A DNA stretch of 64,000 bases from Callorhinchus milii (Eukaryota): NCBI RefSeq assembly GCF_018977255.1, contig NW_024704742.1, positions 85,996,001-86,060,000 of the forward strand, given 5' to 3'. The position numbers and the translations under genes are program-made. Of the stretch, positions 10,844 through 24,048 are shown one piece after another. A model generated the notes under the pieces. That model was not told where the DNA came from and did no database searches. It saw only the letters and a program-made list of their open reading frames with translations. How positions within the stretch are numbered: position 1 is the stretch's first letter; each line of letters opens with the position of its first letter.

Positions 10844-12829
10844 CTGATAAGGCGCAGAGACACCACGGAGCACACGGGTGCTGTTGAAAGAGCAACGAGA
10901 CTATTTCTGAGGCTAAACGATTGCTTTATGTAAAGTCTTTTGGATAACAGATGATCTCACATTCGTGGAGTGTGTACAAGTGAGGCTTGACTGCTTGTGT
11001 GAAGCAGCCAAACCTCATGTATAATTGGTATGGTAATTGGATAATGAATAGGCTGGTTAGTTTAGCTGGTTAGTAAGTGTGTGAGTGAGCTGTCTAGGTG
11101 CTGATCCCTGCCTGAATTTAATCTGAATAGAGTTTATATCTAAAATAAGTACAGCTTCTGTTTGAACTAGTTACCAATGACTTAATATCACACTGGTAAT
11201 GCTTTAGAATAAGGCTACATGGTGTACATTTGTTTCCCTTTAGATAATGCACACACTAATGCCTCCCATCTATGCTCTCCACCAAAGCATTCGTTCCCAT
11301 GGTAATCTTCTACAATTCCAGTATTGCTGAAAATTCCCAATCCTGTTCTGATTTCACTCCGTTCACTAAATAACAGTGTAGAATGTGATTTCCTACACTA
11401 AGATTTGAATTGGTGTACCATTTAAATTTCTAGTGAGTGCAGACAATTATTATATTAAATGTAATTTCTCCCCTTTCATGAAGTTGTAGATCTATGATAT
11501 TGAGAGTCTTTCTTACTCTGATTGCTAAAAATAATGATCTTATAATTATGTCTCTATAGCAGGATTTTAACAGATCAAAAGATCACTATATTTAGTGGCT
11601 GTCAATGTGGTGCTATTTCATAGACTCTTAGGGATAAAGGTGGATTCGTCTCTGGGTAAGAAGGAGATTGACGTTACAGGTCTAAGTATAGACTGAGATG
11701 ATCAATAACTGCAATACACTGTGGTTTTTGTCCTGCTGGGTCTATGCAAATGTCAACTCAGAAATTCATCTGCACAAGGTTGAATAATTTTGATTGATAT
11801 CCTGGAAGTTTAACTCAATTATTTTCAGGAACCAGGGAGAAATTTCAGAGATTCCTTTCAGAAGCTTTGCCTGCAGGTCATAATCATAATAATAATCTTT
11901 GTATTTGATATAGTACCCATAGCACCTCAACCTGTTTCACAGGCAGTTGCCCACTGTGAGACATAAGGCTCATTACTGTTGGGGCAGAGTAGAGGAATTT
12001 TTCATTATACCAGACCTGGAAGTTCCTCATAAGCACATTCCTCTAACACTTGTTGCTCTCCTTGCTTACTTGATATTGACATGAGATACATACTTTACAA
12101 TATATTTTGTGACGTGCCTTGAGATGTCTGAACAATGTGATAAGGCGCTAAATACAATATTAAATGTAAGGATTATATTATAAATGTAAATGTTTTATTC
12201 CCCCTTGAATGAGGACCAGATCTCCTGGAAACTAAACAATACTGGATAATAGTAATTTATTACAGAGTTTCTTTTAACAAAACATTTTGATGAGTTGTCG
12301 CTGTTTACAGTTTGACAGGTCACAAGTCTCTCAGTACCATCTGCTTGGATGTGCTTCAGTTCTGAGACTGTTGGCTGTGTCCAGATTATTGCCCAGTCAG
12401 AGATCTTGATAGGATCTTCTATATTTGTCTCATATTAATGACTGGCACAAAGGCGCTAAAGTGTGTACAGGATTTCCAACATTAGGTCTACCTAATCAGT
12501 TTAGATAATGCCCCTAACCTCTGGAACTCTCTTTACCCCTCGGTTTTGCCACCTCACTATCTGTCTTTAGTATCCCACCTTGAAACTCACCACTTTGATC
12601 GTGCCTATGGTCAAATCACTCACATCCTCCTTTTCCATATATTTACTCCTGGGCTGCCTGTAGGAAATCCTGATTAATGGATGTATTAAATGGATTGACA
12701 AACAAGACAGACAACCTGTTTAGTCTGATGACATTAATTGTTGTGCTGCACTACTTAAATATTGTGTGGCACTGGATTTGGCCCCTTCCGGTAATCTTGC
12801 GGAATCAGTCTGCTTTTGAGTTCGATCTT

Positions 12830-12983
12830 CTGATTACTGCGTCGTTTCCGTCTGCCACACTGCAGTCTCATCTACACAGTGATGGATCCGGTTTTACAGG
12901 AGCTTGTCTTTATTCTTCCTCCACTCCCTGCTGCTCCCTCTCCCTCCTTCCCGGGTTGTCTTCTGTTGCTGTGACAAGGAGAG
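12830..12983 (+). other. Candidate alternative exon of the host gene (5' boundary uncertain)
   Basis: Unique, more GC-rich sequence ending in the consensus donor GAG|GTAAGT (12984-12989). Confidence 0.3.
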
Positions 12984-13610
12984 GTAAGTGCCTCCTGAAA
13001 GACACAGGATGAAAATTGCGAACTAACATCCTCTCTCCAAAACACTGCCCTTTTACACTTATAAGTCAAAATGCAGCATTCAACATGACAATGATTTGAC
13101 TTAAAACCTAAGGCCAAGCCTGCCTCAAGAACCTGCCACCTGCTTGCTCATAATTAACAAGGGTTCCTTTCTGGCTGTCATAAGATCCAATTAAGCACCT
13201 TGGACAGTGATACAAATCTCTCCTTTTCTCAGGTCTTCTCTAACTTTCCTGCTTACACTGATAGATGTAGTGTATAAAGGTGCAGCTCCGGCTGTGATTA
13301 ACATCACTGTAAGGTGATGCAATCCAGCTGTATTGTCAAGGTATTGAGGTATTGCACAGACAACAATTCCCCCAGATAAAAATTGGTCACTCACTCCATT
13401 GCTGTTTGTGGGTCTCTGCTGTGGGCACATTGGCTGCCCCGTTCACCTACAAATACAATCACTCCACTTCACAGTAAAACTTGTGAAGTGCTTTGAGGCG
13501 TATCGCCAAAGTGATGAGACGTTATATCAAAATGCAATGAATAATTTTAGCCTAGTTGATGAGACTCCCACCATCTCTCTCCTATTTTGATTTAACCATT
13601 CTACTTAATT

Positions 13611-13878
13611 GTGGAGTCCTGTAGCTCAGTGTTAGTTAGTAAGTTTCCTTACTCCACACACCTAATAATAATACCCCCAAAACCAAAAACAATAATAATT
13701 TGGTCATTTTCAATCTACGACTGTTTGTGGGACATTGCTGTGCGCAATTGGCTGCCGCATTCGCCCACAAATATACATTCAATTCACTTTACAGTGTGCT
13801 CTGTGAAGCGCTTTGGGACGTCCTCCCGACGTGAAAAGCACTATATCAAATGCAAGGATTATTAGGATTATTATTATT
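13611..13878 (+). mobile_element. tRNA-head SINE (SINE2-1_CM-like), deletion in the head
   Basis: gtggagtcctgtagctcagtg...gggacgtcctcccgacgtgaaaagcactatatcaaatgcaaggattatt. Confidence 0.85.
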
Positions 13879-14219
13879 AATTGCCTATTTAGTTAGGAAA
13901 CAAGGTGTTTCTTACATGTCTGTCAGTTCAGCAGCTTCCAGCCAGCTCCGATATCAGGCAGACACCTATTGCTGTACAGAATACACCGCTGATACTCCGT
14001 GTGGGATTCTGTATTAACCCTCACCCTACTGGTGTAGATTTCACAGCATTTCCTAGTCTTCTTGCGATTCAGTATGAATATTAAAATGATATGCACCATC
14101 TTTTGAGTATTTCTCTCATGCAGGATTCTGAGGAGCAAAGTGACTCATTAGGCATCTGTTTTATCAGCCGCAAGTGGCAATGTTTCATGAAGATTTCAGC
14201 TAACTAGGGGCTGCAGCTG

Positions 14220-14508
14220 TGTTCAGCTTGGCTCAGTTGGAAGCATTCTCACTTCTGAGTCAAAATGTTGTGGTTTCAAGCCCTACGTCAGCACTTTGAA
14301 TCCACTGTCTAGGCTGTCACTCCAGTGCTGGGAACGTTCTGTGTCGATGTCAGATAAACCAAGGTCCCGTCTGCCTGTTCAGGTGGACATTAAAGACCCC
14401 ATGACTGTTTTCCTTACAAAAAAAGCAGTCACCACACTTAATCCTGTGAAGCGCTTTGAGATGTCTCAGTGATTTCATAAGGTACTATCCCAAATGCAAG
14501 GATTATTA
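14220..14508 (+). mobile_element. Deu-domain SINE with internal deletions
   Basis: Head cagcttggctcagttggaagcattctc, Deu core, L2-type tail. Confidence 0.7.
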
Positions 14509-15847
14509 AGGACTACGTCCTTCTCTCTGGGAGCACCAGCATTACTTCTGACACTGGATGCTGTGCATGGTTCCTCTATAAAAATCTGGTAGCTTTGAAG
14601 ATGAAAAATGAAAGAATCTATCATGGATGACAATACAATCCCACCCTCCTGACTGGTTTAGGTGGTGCAAAAGGGAAGAACAATGAAAGAAACTTTATGA
14701 ACAAAGAAAGAAAATGTCTTTTTCTTTCAACTGTTACAGAAACCGAGGGGCAGAATCCTGTGTATATGCAGGTCCCAAGTCAGAGATGAACAGTCGGTGT
14801 CACATCTGATCTGGCTTTCTCATAAGCAATCACATTAGATGCCAAAACATACTAAATCCCAAGAAGTTATTAACCAGCAGAGAGACGTGTAAGGCACCAT
14901 GGCAACTGTCATTGAAAAGGGCAGAATTTTCTTTAAAATCCCAAGATATCTATCTCTTCTTAGTAGAGTCCATTTGATCTGTGAGTGAAGTGGAATGTGA
15001 ACCCAGACAAATCTTCAGATGTTGAAGGCACGCTGGGTTTCCCGGAGCTTGTCTTTGTCTGCAAGCCTATTGTATGCTGGATTCTGACATTTAGGAGCAT
15101 TTGAAATCAAGCTCCACAGAAGATCATTAAAACACATGATATTTGCAATTATGCAGCAGAATGTAAAGGTACTAAAACTGGATCACGTTTGTGTCCACTG
15201 GCATTATTTCAATTAAGCAAAGTCCCAGAGGGACTCTGCAGAAAAGACTGCAATTGAATTGGAACAATAGCAATGTCACATTTCTCTTGAACGTCCTTTT
15301 CTGAAGAAAGAAGTGGTTTATCTTGATCGTAGTTGATCTGCATGTCTTTTGTCAGCTCCTTTTCCCTAAAGGAGAAACTTTAACAGGTGAGGAAAAGAAT
15401 GAATTGGGTGTTTTGTACACGAACATCCATCCGGTACAGGATGTGCCATTGGCCTTAAGATTTATCAGATCAGAGCTCTCTGCATTGAGGGTAACTCAAC
15501 TGGAATAGGTACCAAAAAGGAAGGGGTTGAGGCCAGGACACTGGACTTATTCAAAACACAGCTTGATGCTGTGATGCGAGGCTGGTAGAAAAGGTCTTTT
15601 GGAAGGATGAGATCACATAGGCCGAAGGGCCTTCTCCATCTGAAACAATCTTCTTTTCTTGTGAAGTAACCTTGGGTCATTCGGAATCTTTTGCATTTGG
15701 TGGGTATATCGATAAAGGAGGTGCATTTCCCTCTCCCTGTGGTAGATACGTGGGAAGGATAGTAATTTTCTGGAATCCAGGACTATGAAGAAGGGGAGGA
15801 CTTGATGAATAATTTACTAACTGTACTGTACTAACTATAATAATCAT

Positions 15848-16195
15848 TGGAGTCCTGTAGCTCAGTGATTAGAGCATTCGCCTTGCATGCAAAAGAGGTT
15901 TAATTCCTGGCAGGGCGAAATGTTGGATAAGTTTCCTTACTCCACACACCTCTGTTTACCGAGCAGTAAGTAGGAACCCCGGTTGTTAGTCGATTGGCAG
16001 ATCGCTTTTCCTGGGGTAATAATCCCTTCCAAAAAAAAAATTAATAATTTGGTCAATTCAATTCACGACTGTTTGGGACACTGCTGTGCGCAATTGGCTG
16101 CCCATTTTTCCCACAAGATACACAATCAATTCACTTTGCTGTATATTCTGTGAAGCGCTTTGTGACATCTCAAAGATGTGATAAGGCACTATATA
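15848..16195 (+). mobile_element. tRNA-head SINE, long (CORE-like) variant
   Basis: Same head and tail as 13611 plus the internal segment cctctgtttaccgagcagtaagtaggaaccccggttgttagtcg. Confidence 0.8.
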
Positions 16196-17477
16196 TTATA
16201 TAGCACCCTCTACGCAGGGTAGCGTCTCAGAGCACTTGGGAGTGGGAGTGTTACTAATACTGAGCTGCCAGGAAAAGTGACTCCTTGTCATAAGCTCTAT
16301 CTTGTGCAGGGAAATCTTTGTATTTCACATCAATCCCCCTTTATTATCTGAGGTGATCTTGGGTCATTCATGGCCAATATCTGGGGAGTTTGTTGACCTG
16401 GGTTTTATTGCTTGGCAGCCACGCTTTCCAGTGACAGAGTGATACAGAGGCAAAACCAATATTGGAAGATGATGCTTATCGTTTCTTAAATTGTTAAGCA
16501 TATTTTGTAACAAGTGTCAGATCAAAGGATTGGTCACATTCATGTGAAAATGAAAACGAGGTATGAAAAAGCTACTGACAGAATAGCATTGAATTATCTG
16601 ATCTACAGCTAATTTAAAAGCAGGCATCTTTTCTTTAAAGGTGACCTTAATTTTTCAACAAAAATTGCTCTTAATTGAAATTATCCTTCCAGAAATTATC
16701 CTTCAACTGAACTAATTTCTCAAAAGGAACTACAGGAGTGCTGTAAATTACTGTTGAACTTTTTGCTTTTAAGCAGAATAACCTTAACAAATATTAAACT
16801 ATCATTCAGTTGTGATAGGATGGCTGACAACTTAAATACCTCATTGGTAAATTGCTAACATTCTGTGTGCACTGAAGGAAGATAAAACACCTTCTCATAG
16901 GGACAAGAGGAAGCCATTGGCCTATCCAGCCTGCTCCAAGACAGATAGTTTACTCTCTTTTCCTTACCTTTTTGTATATGTGTGCCTGTGTGTATGTATC
17001 TGTGTGTGAATGTATGTATATATATATATATTTCACTGTATATATTTCCAGCATTCAACAGGTCTACAAGACAACATGTGGACCCACAGTGCAATGGAAT
17101 CCAACTGTACTTGGGCAATGAAATGGGCTGAATGGCCTTCTCCCATTCCTAATTTCCTATTTTCCTACAGTCCTACTGTGTTGTCATAGCTGGAGGGGAA
17201 TAGAAGGGTATGGGAGGAAATAAGGAATAGGTAAAGACTTGTGTAGAGTATAAATACTGCCATGGACTTGTTGGGCTGAGTTTCCATGCTGTATATTTTT
17301 TGTAAGAGCTTGAATTTATATAGCACTGTTCATGTAACATCTCATAGCGCTTATTAGTGATACTGTGGGGTTGGGGAGTCTATCAAAGGCCAATTGCTCA
17401 ACGCGGTCATATTTTTGTACTTCATTACTTAATGGTGAGTGTCAAAAAAATTGTTATGAATAAGTTATGTAAAATTA

Positions 17478-17785
17478 TGGAGTTTCGTAGCGTAATGGTT
17501 GGTGTACTCGGCTCGCGAATTGAGAGGACCCGGGTTCGATTCCTGGGCAGGTGAAATGTTAGGCAAGTTTCCTTACTCCACGTGCCTCTGTTTAACCTAA
17601 GAGTAAGTAAAAAGTTGGTTGTTAGTCAATTAGTGGATCGCTTTCCGGGTGTAATAATCCCTTCAAAAAAAATGTGGTCACTCAATCCACAACCGTTTGT
17701 ACGACACTGCTGTGCACAATTGGCTGCCGTGTTTTGCCCACAAAATACACAGTCTTTACAGTCTTTTCACTTTACAATATATTCA
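17478..17785 (+). mobile_element. tRNA-head SINE, long variant
   Basis: A/B boxes (tagcgtaatgg...ggttcgattcc) and CORE-like segment. Confidence 0.75.
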
Positions 17786-18472
17786 ATATATATAGTGTGG
17801 ACATCAACAGCCATTTATTACTGAGGGTCACCTCATGGCATTAGAAAATTGAGCCAAGAGTATTTAATATAAAATTTAAAGTAAAATTCTAAGTAGTCTT
17901 TCAAGTGTAGAAGGATGCACAATTCACTGTGACAGCAGGCGTTTTGAAAAGCCTGTGTAGGAGTTGCATCCAAACCTAGTATTTTCAATCCTTCACGTGC
18001 ATTTCCTTTCAAATACTCCCAACCTCATCGAGTCCAAAGTACTATAATTTCCTCTAGGTTCAAGGCTCATCTGTTGAGCCACTGATGGAATACAAAAGAA
18101 ATACGATAAATTATTATAATCAAAACTAATCAGGGGGTTTGATTCCACAGCCTTCTGTTGGAAAAAAATTACTAACCCATATAGTGAAAGGAAACTAAAG
18201 CTTAGGATGTGTTTTGTACCAACATGCCTGAAGCACATTGACTACTTTTGCCCATGTTGCAACATTTCTTTATGGATTTCTAAATTAGAAATACAGTAAG
18301 AAAGCAGCAACCTGTTATTTCCTTATTGATATCTCGATTGTACATATCTGATGTTCTAAGTAATTTAGGGAAATATACATACAGTACCATATAATTGAAT
18401 CAATAACCCAATATTCCACTGTACCTAATGTTCTACTTCAACATAATACTGGGGAGAAATTCTTCCCAAGTT

Positions 18473-18656
18473 TAGATTTATTCAATTTATTTAAAATTTC
18501 AGAACATCAAGAATTTAGCAAATTGTTGAATTTCATTTCAATTTTCAATTTTGGTTTTCTGTAATTCTTTATACAAAACTGGCTTCAAAATTTGAGGCTG
18601 TATTTAAGAATTCTGGAGGCTCTGAAATACTAAGAAAATAAAGTAAATCTAGCCCC
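18473..18656. repeat. Old palindromic MITE-like element
   Basis: 18473-18515 matches the reverse complement of 18609-18651 at about 33/43; no TSD recognised. Confidence 0.4.
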
Positions 18657-19244
18657 AAGTGAAATTTCACAAAGACTGCCTATTTGTTTCACTGGTGGTA
18701 TCATTTTTTAATTGGGATGTTCATGATATATTAAATCAAATAAAATTGAATAATTTTTACTTGCCAATTTTTGTGGGTTAAAGCAAAAATCTTTCTTTCA
18801 AGTGTTTCTTTGTTGTTGCTCATCCTCTGTGTTGTGGGCAGATGGAAAATGTCTCCACTGGCATCAGTCCATGTGAGTGCAATACAATTCTCTCTGGTTG
18901 CACTCGCTTTCATTCAGCAGCTACTATCACAGAAATTATGACTGTGTTTAGGGGAAGCATTTCACCATTTAAAATGTTTGTGTAACGTAGAAATTTATAG
19001 TACAGGAGGCTATTTGGCCCATCTATCTACGCTGGCTCTCAAAGCGAGCTGTCCATTCAATCCCACTGCTCCGCCCTATCCCTATACCTCATATATTTGT
19101 CTGCTTATCTCTTGAAACACACAATGGACTCTGCCACTACCACCTTACTTGACAGGGCATTGCAACAACTCTAAATGAAAAATATTATTCTAAGCTCTCT
19201 TTTCACTGTTTCCTCCAAATACAATTGGTCACTCACTCCATAGC

Positions 19245-19332
19245 TGTTGGATACACTTAAACATAGTGATGGGTCTAACTTCTTTACCTGTGCCAGGTAA
19301 CTTCTTTACCTGTGCCAGGTACCCGGCTAACT
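19245..19332 (+). mobile_element. Unassigned structured retroposon-like family, 3'-end copy with an internal tandem duplication
   Basis: ggatacacttaaacatagtgatgggt...acccggctaac; taacttctttacctgtgccagg occurs twice. Confidence 0.55.
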
Positions 19333-20122
19333 AGAAACAAGTCATCCAAATTCCATTGCTGATCTTAATTTATGGACCCAGATTTGATGACAGGACTTAA
19401 ATTGGCTATAACGTTCGCCTACAAGTAGAAACACAGAAACAGGAGTAGGCCATTCAGCTCCTCGAGCCTGTTCCACATTCTATAAAATCATGGCTGATGT
19501 GTACCTCAACTCCAATTACCTGCCCTTGCCCCATATCCCTTGATACCCTGACCTAACAAATATCTATTCAACTCATACAGAGTCACAACATTTTACAGTA
19601 AATCCCGTGAAGCGCTTTGAGATTTTCCACCAAGAGATAAGGTTTTATCAAACCAATGGTTATTATAGCTAAAGGAGTGTTTTAGCCACATTTCCAAAAT
19701 TCTCTTAGTTTGTAAAATCTACTAAAACTGAAATCAGGGGGAAAAACCAAGCTCCAACAGGTGTCACATAACCAAGATGCAGACACTGGTTTCACAATAG
19801 TTCTATGAAGCCTATATTTAGGAGGTGTCTTTCACACATTTGTGAAGCCTTGGCACTGTAAAGTAAAGGAACAGGCTCTTCACCTTTTCATCTCGTAGTT
19901 TTTTTAAAAAAATGTAAGTAAACACGTTTCTTCTTTCACGGATAATTGTCGATCAGCTTTCTGATGGAACGTCAGTTTATTTACTTGATCGTGCTGAAGT
20001 GCTCGCATGATTGTATGTTTGATCTGACATAAAAAATCAGACCACAGGCAATGTACAACATGTTTTAAGTGACATCAGTCTGACAAGGTTCGTTCTCTTG
20101 TTTCTTCCTTGTGTCTCTGCAG

Positions 20123-20158
20123 CCACCGGAGACACTGGATTTTTAATTTGGGATATCT
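20123..20158 (+). other. Candidate 36-nt internal exon
   Basis: Long polypyrimidine tract ending tgcAG (20121-20122) and donor GTAAGT (20159-20164). Confidence 0.55.
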
Positions 20159-20859
20159 GTAAGTGAGGTTTGTTGCCTTAATCACAACGCCTGTTCTGTG
20201 ACCTCCTGTTTGTGATTTTTTTCTCGTGGTATATAAGGTAGCCGGTGGCAGATCTAAAAGGGAGTTCAGGAAGAACTTCTTTACTGGGAGAGAATTTATT
20301 ATGTATTTTAATAAAATGTGTCTTCAACTTTTCCCCCAAATTCTGTTACTTTCAAATTATTTCCCTAATTGATAGAGAATCGTGTGGAATTTAGATCCTA
20401 TAAATAATCTCTTAATGCCCTGGCCATTATCACTCTCATTACAAATTAACCAGAAAAATGTACAGTATTTGTCATAGAACATCAGATGACATCTCAGACT
20501 TAAAGTTCTCACTGTGACCAACAATATAGTTCCTGTAGTTGTCCATTTATAACCACACCTGAATACGATTAACTAAGTGCTGACACCTGGGATAGCTGAC
20601 TTGTCCAGGTAGATGTAAAGCCTGAGAGCTGCTATAAGAACAGTGGCCAGTGGCATACCTGTGCGGTTTCACATCAATACTTTTTCTTGTTTTTTTTTAG
20701 TTGATTTTTTTTCACACTTTGGTTTCTTTTTGACATGGCTGATTGTCCTTCCTTTTCAAATCATTCAGCTTTCGTTTTAAGAATGGACAGGTATGGGATG
20801 AGAAAAGACCATTTAGCTAGTTTTCATTGATATAAAGTTTTACTTTTGTTTTCACAACG

Positions 20860-21160
20860 TCCGTGCGGATGAAGAAGGCCCTTTGGCCCACTTGAACTCA
20901 TCCCTCCAGACTACCCTCCCTACCATCCCCTCATCACTGCATCAAGTCACTTTTTAAAGGTGTCCTGGCGTCTACCACTTTTCCTGGCAACCTGTTCCAG
21001 CCATTGATCACACTCTGAATAAAGAAAATCTTCTTGGTGTCTGTCCTGAAATTGCCCCTTGCAACTCTAAACCTATGTCCTCTTATTCTACTGTCTTGAT
21101 ACATCCTAAAGTATTGTTTTGTGTTTAGTTTTTCAAGCCCAATTAAAATTTTATATGGTT
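20860..21160 (-). mobile_element. CR1 LINE 3' fragment (old)
   Basis: gaagaaggccctttggccca tail and ctctaaacctatgtcctcttattc (GH.FR-like RT C-terminus on the minus strand). Confidence 0.55.
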
Positions 21161-21883
21161 CTGAGATAGAAGATATTTGATCTCATCCTTCAAGATCACC
21201 CACCCGACCATACTTCCATCACAACGCTGAGCTGTTTTTTAAATGAGTCCAGTGTCCTGGACTCAGCCAGCCTTCCTGATACCTTGTGGACAATTGGCCG
21301 CCGCGTTTCGCCTACAAAATATACAGTCAATCCACTTTAGAGTATATTCTGTCAAGTGCTTTGAGATGTCTCAAAGACGTGATGGGGTGCTATATCAAAT
21401 GCAAGTATTATTATTATCCAGTGGATTGGGTTAATTTTTCTCATTGTTGGGGCTGGAAATACACTAATTCCAGCTGAAGCACTGAGATGGTTTCTATTGA
21501 TTCCTACACGTCTGCACGTAATTTCTCTTATTTAATTTTGTGTCCTGCATTGTTGCTAACTGTGAGGGAGGACATCCAGTCAACTGTGCCCATTGCGGGA
21601 TAAAAAATGCGATGCTTCATAACAATTATCATTTAAAATCTGATACAAAATGATCGTAATCCCGTTACGATCCATTCACCACAGCGGGCTGGGGCAGCTG
21701 CTGCTGCTGGACAAGCAGCTGAACACCCTGCAATCAAAGCAGGACAGTGGCATTTGTACAGAGACACAATGCATGTGGAACAGCAGCGGCACACGCAAAG
21801 GCAATGCAAAGTGAAGCAAGTGCAGAGAGCACCTGGCTCAGTGATGAAGGGAATTGAGGGGTGCAGCAGGTTCTTGGGGGCAG

Positions 21884-21987
21884 GTGTGGAGTATAAACAC
21901 CGGCACAGACTAGTTGGCCCGAATGGACTGTTTATGTGCCTAATTACATTGGACCAACTAGCCGGTGCCGATGTTTATACTCCACAC
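21884..21987. repeat. Inverted repeat (about 42-bp stem, 21-nt loop) derived from a CR1 3' tail
   Basis: gtgtggagtataaacaccggcacagactagttggcccgaatg vs cattggaccaactagccggtgccgatgtttatactccacac (37/42 paired). Confidence 0.85.
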
Positions 21988-22444
21988 TCTGGTAACTGCA
22001 ATTTGTGAGGAAGATGCAATGGCCTCTCGGAGTTAGGAATTTACTTGAGGGTCTCGGGTAAGACTGACTATGTTTGCTGTTAGATCGAGAGGATAGCGCA
22101 GCTGGTTGACAACAAGCAGTGGCTGTCACTATCTTTGCTCCACAGAGAAATCCAGGCAGATGTGCAGGGAGCGAGGCAAAACGCAAGATCAGTGCTATGA
22201 GTAACAAACTCAGGGAATCATCAGTAAAACAGTGTTGTGCAACTGCAGGCTCTCTAACTACTAACTTGGAGCTCATTGCAACATCTCTGAGGGATTCACA
22301 GCTACTACTGCAGCTGTGGAATAGCAGGGAACTAACCCCAGGAGGTAACATTGTGGCAAATACTATCTTACAATGTTGGTTGCTTCCTTAACCGGGTGCC
22401 AGAGCTTGTGGTTAAATTCATGCATTTAAACATAGCTCCCCTTA

Positions 22445-22802
22445 AATAATAATCCTTGCATTTGGTATAATGCCTTATCATGTTGTTGAGACGTCTCAAA
22501 TCGCTTCACAGAATATACTGTAAAATGAATTGACTATTTTGGGGGTGAAATGCAGCAGCCAATTGCGCACAGCAGTGTGCCACAAACAGACGTGGATTGA
22601 GTGACTAAATTATTATAATTTTTAAAGGATTATTACCCCCGGAAAGTGATCCACTAATCGATTAACAACTGGGTTCCTACTTACTGCTAGGTAAATAGAG
22701 GTGTGTGAAGTAAACAAACTTGTCTAAGGTTTCACTCTGCCTGGGAATCAAACCCGGGTCCTCTCACTTGAGTGCTCTAACCAATATGCTACAGGACTCC
22801 AT
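22445..22802 (-). mobile_element. tRNA-head SINE, long variant
   Basis: Reverse complement of the 15848-type element (ends ...gctacaggactcca). Confidence 0.8.
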
Positions 22803-24048
22803 TCCTTAAACACAGCTCCCCCTAAGCACAGCTCCCCTTAATCACAACTCTGTTGTACCTTGAGGGGAGATATTCCCCCAGTGCTAAAGTCACTTGCTGT
22901 TTATTGTTGTGATCTCTCATTAAAGCCCATTCTCTTTTTGGACAAAAGAAAGTGGAAAATAAACCCTAACATTCTGAACAAAAAGAGTGGCCAAAATGTT
23001 TCCCGGTCTCCTGGCCAACAATTCACCAGATAAAATTGTCATTAACTTTTTGGCTCTTTGTGGGACATTGCTATGTGCAAATTGTCTGCTTCGTTCCCTC
23101 ACAAAACACAGTCACTGCACTTTACAGTGTATCCAGTGAAGCAATTTGGGACGGAGATCCTCCCTATGGAATGAATCAATGTCCCAAAGCAGCAAGGGGT
23201 GTTTTGAGCTAAAATCAGATGATTTGGTCTTCTTGTTGTTTTGCCTGAATTTCCCGTTTTATAACGTAAACGTTATAAAGTGATGCCTGTTTAACCCCAC
23301 AGATTGCTTCGTAGAAGCTTTTGAGGGTCAGAAGAAGGATAAAAGAAACTCTTGGCTGCAGACGAAGCACATGTTAATTCCACCCAGTCTTGGCCAGCAA
23401 GACCATTTTGTCTTAAAACTGAAGGTTGCGCACATTTGTGGAAAAAAATTAGAAATCAATCCTAATTAGGAAGCCAGCTTTCTGCAGTTGTTAAAAAGAA
23501 ATGGCTTGCAAAATTAGACTGATATAAGAATCTTCCTGTATTCTGTGTCATCTTTCAAAACAAAATGGTTGTACAGGCTAAGACAAGGTGTAACATCATT
23601 CAAAGTAGACTGGGTGTTTTAAGAGGTAGAATATAAGAGAGAACTGCGAAACCACAGGGAATGAGGTGAGAGTAGACAGCTACAGTGGACTAACAAACAC
23701 CAGCTTGATGTGCCAAATGTGTGTTCGTTTGCTATCATTTGTATGATTATGCAAGGCTCTGGTGAACTATGTGTCACCTTCAATGAGTTGGTGGCACTCT
23801 CACCTTTCAGTCAGAAAGCTGTGGGCTCAAACTCGACGTCAGGACATGGAACTCATATAGTCCAGTCTGACACTCCAATGCAGTGCTGGGGATGTGCCGT
23901 TCTTCAGATGACCCTGTCTACTTGTTCAGGTGGATGTTAAAGATCACATGGCACTATTTGAAAAGTGGAGGGAGTTTCTCTTGGTGTCCTGGACAACAAT
24001 CCTTCCAAAATAAAATTGTAAATAACTTGATGGATGTTTGTGGGACAT

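Noticed and set aside
12677..13012. 111-aa ORF
   Set aside because: No recognisable homology; only the donor at 12984 is kept as a weak exon candidate.
21944..22391. Overlapping ORFs of 135 aa (-) and 90 aa (+)
   Set aside because: No recognisable domain or splice signals; possibly decayed transposon sequence, but I could not support that.
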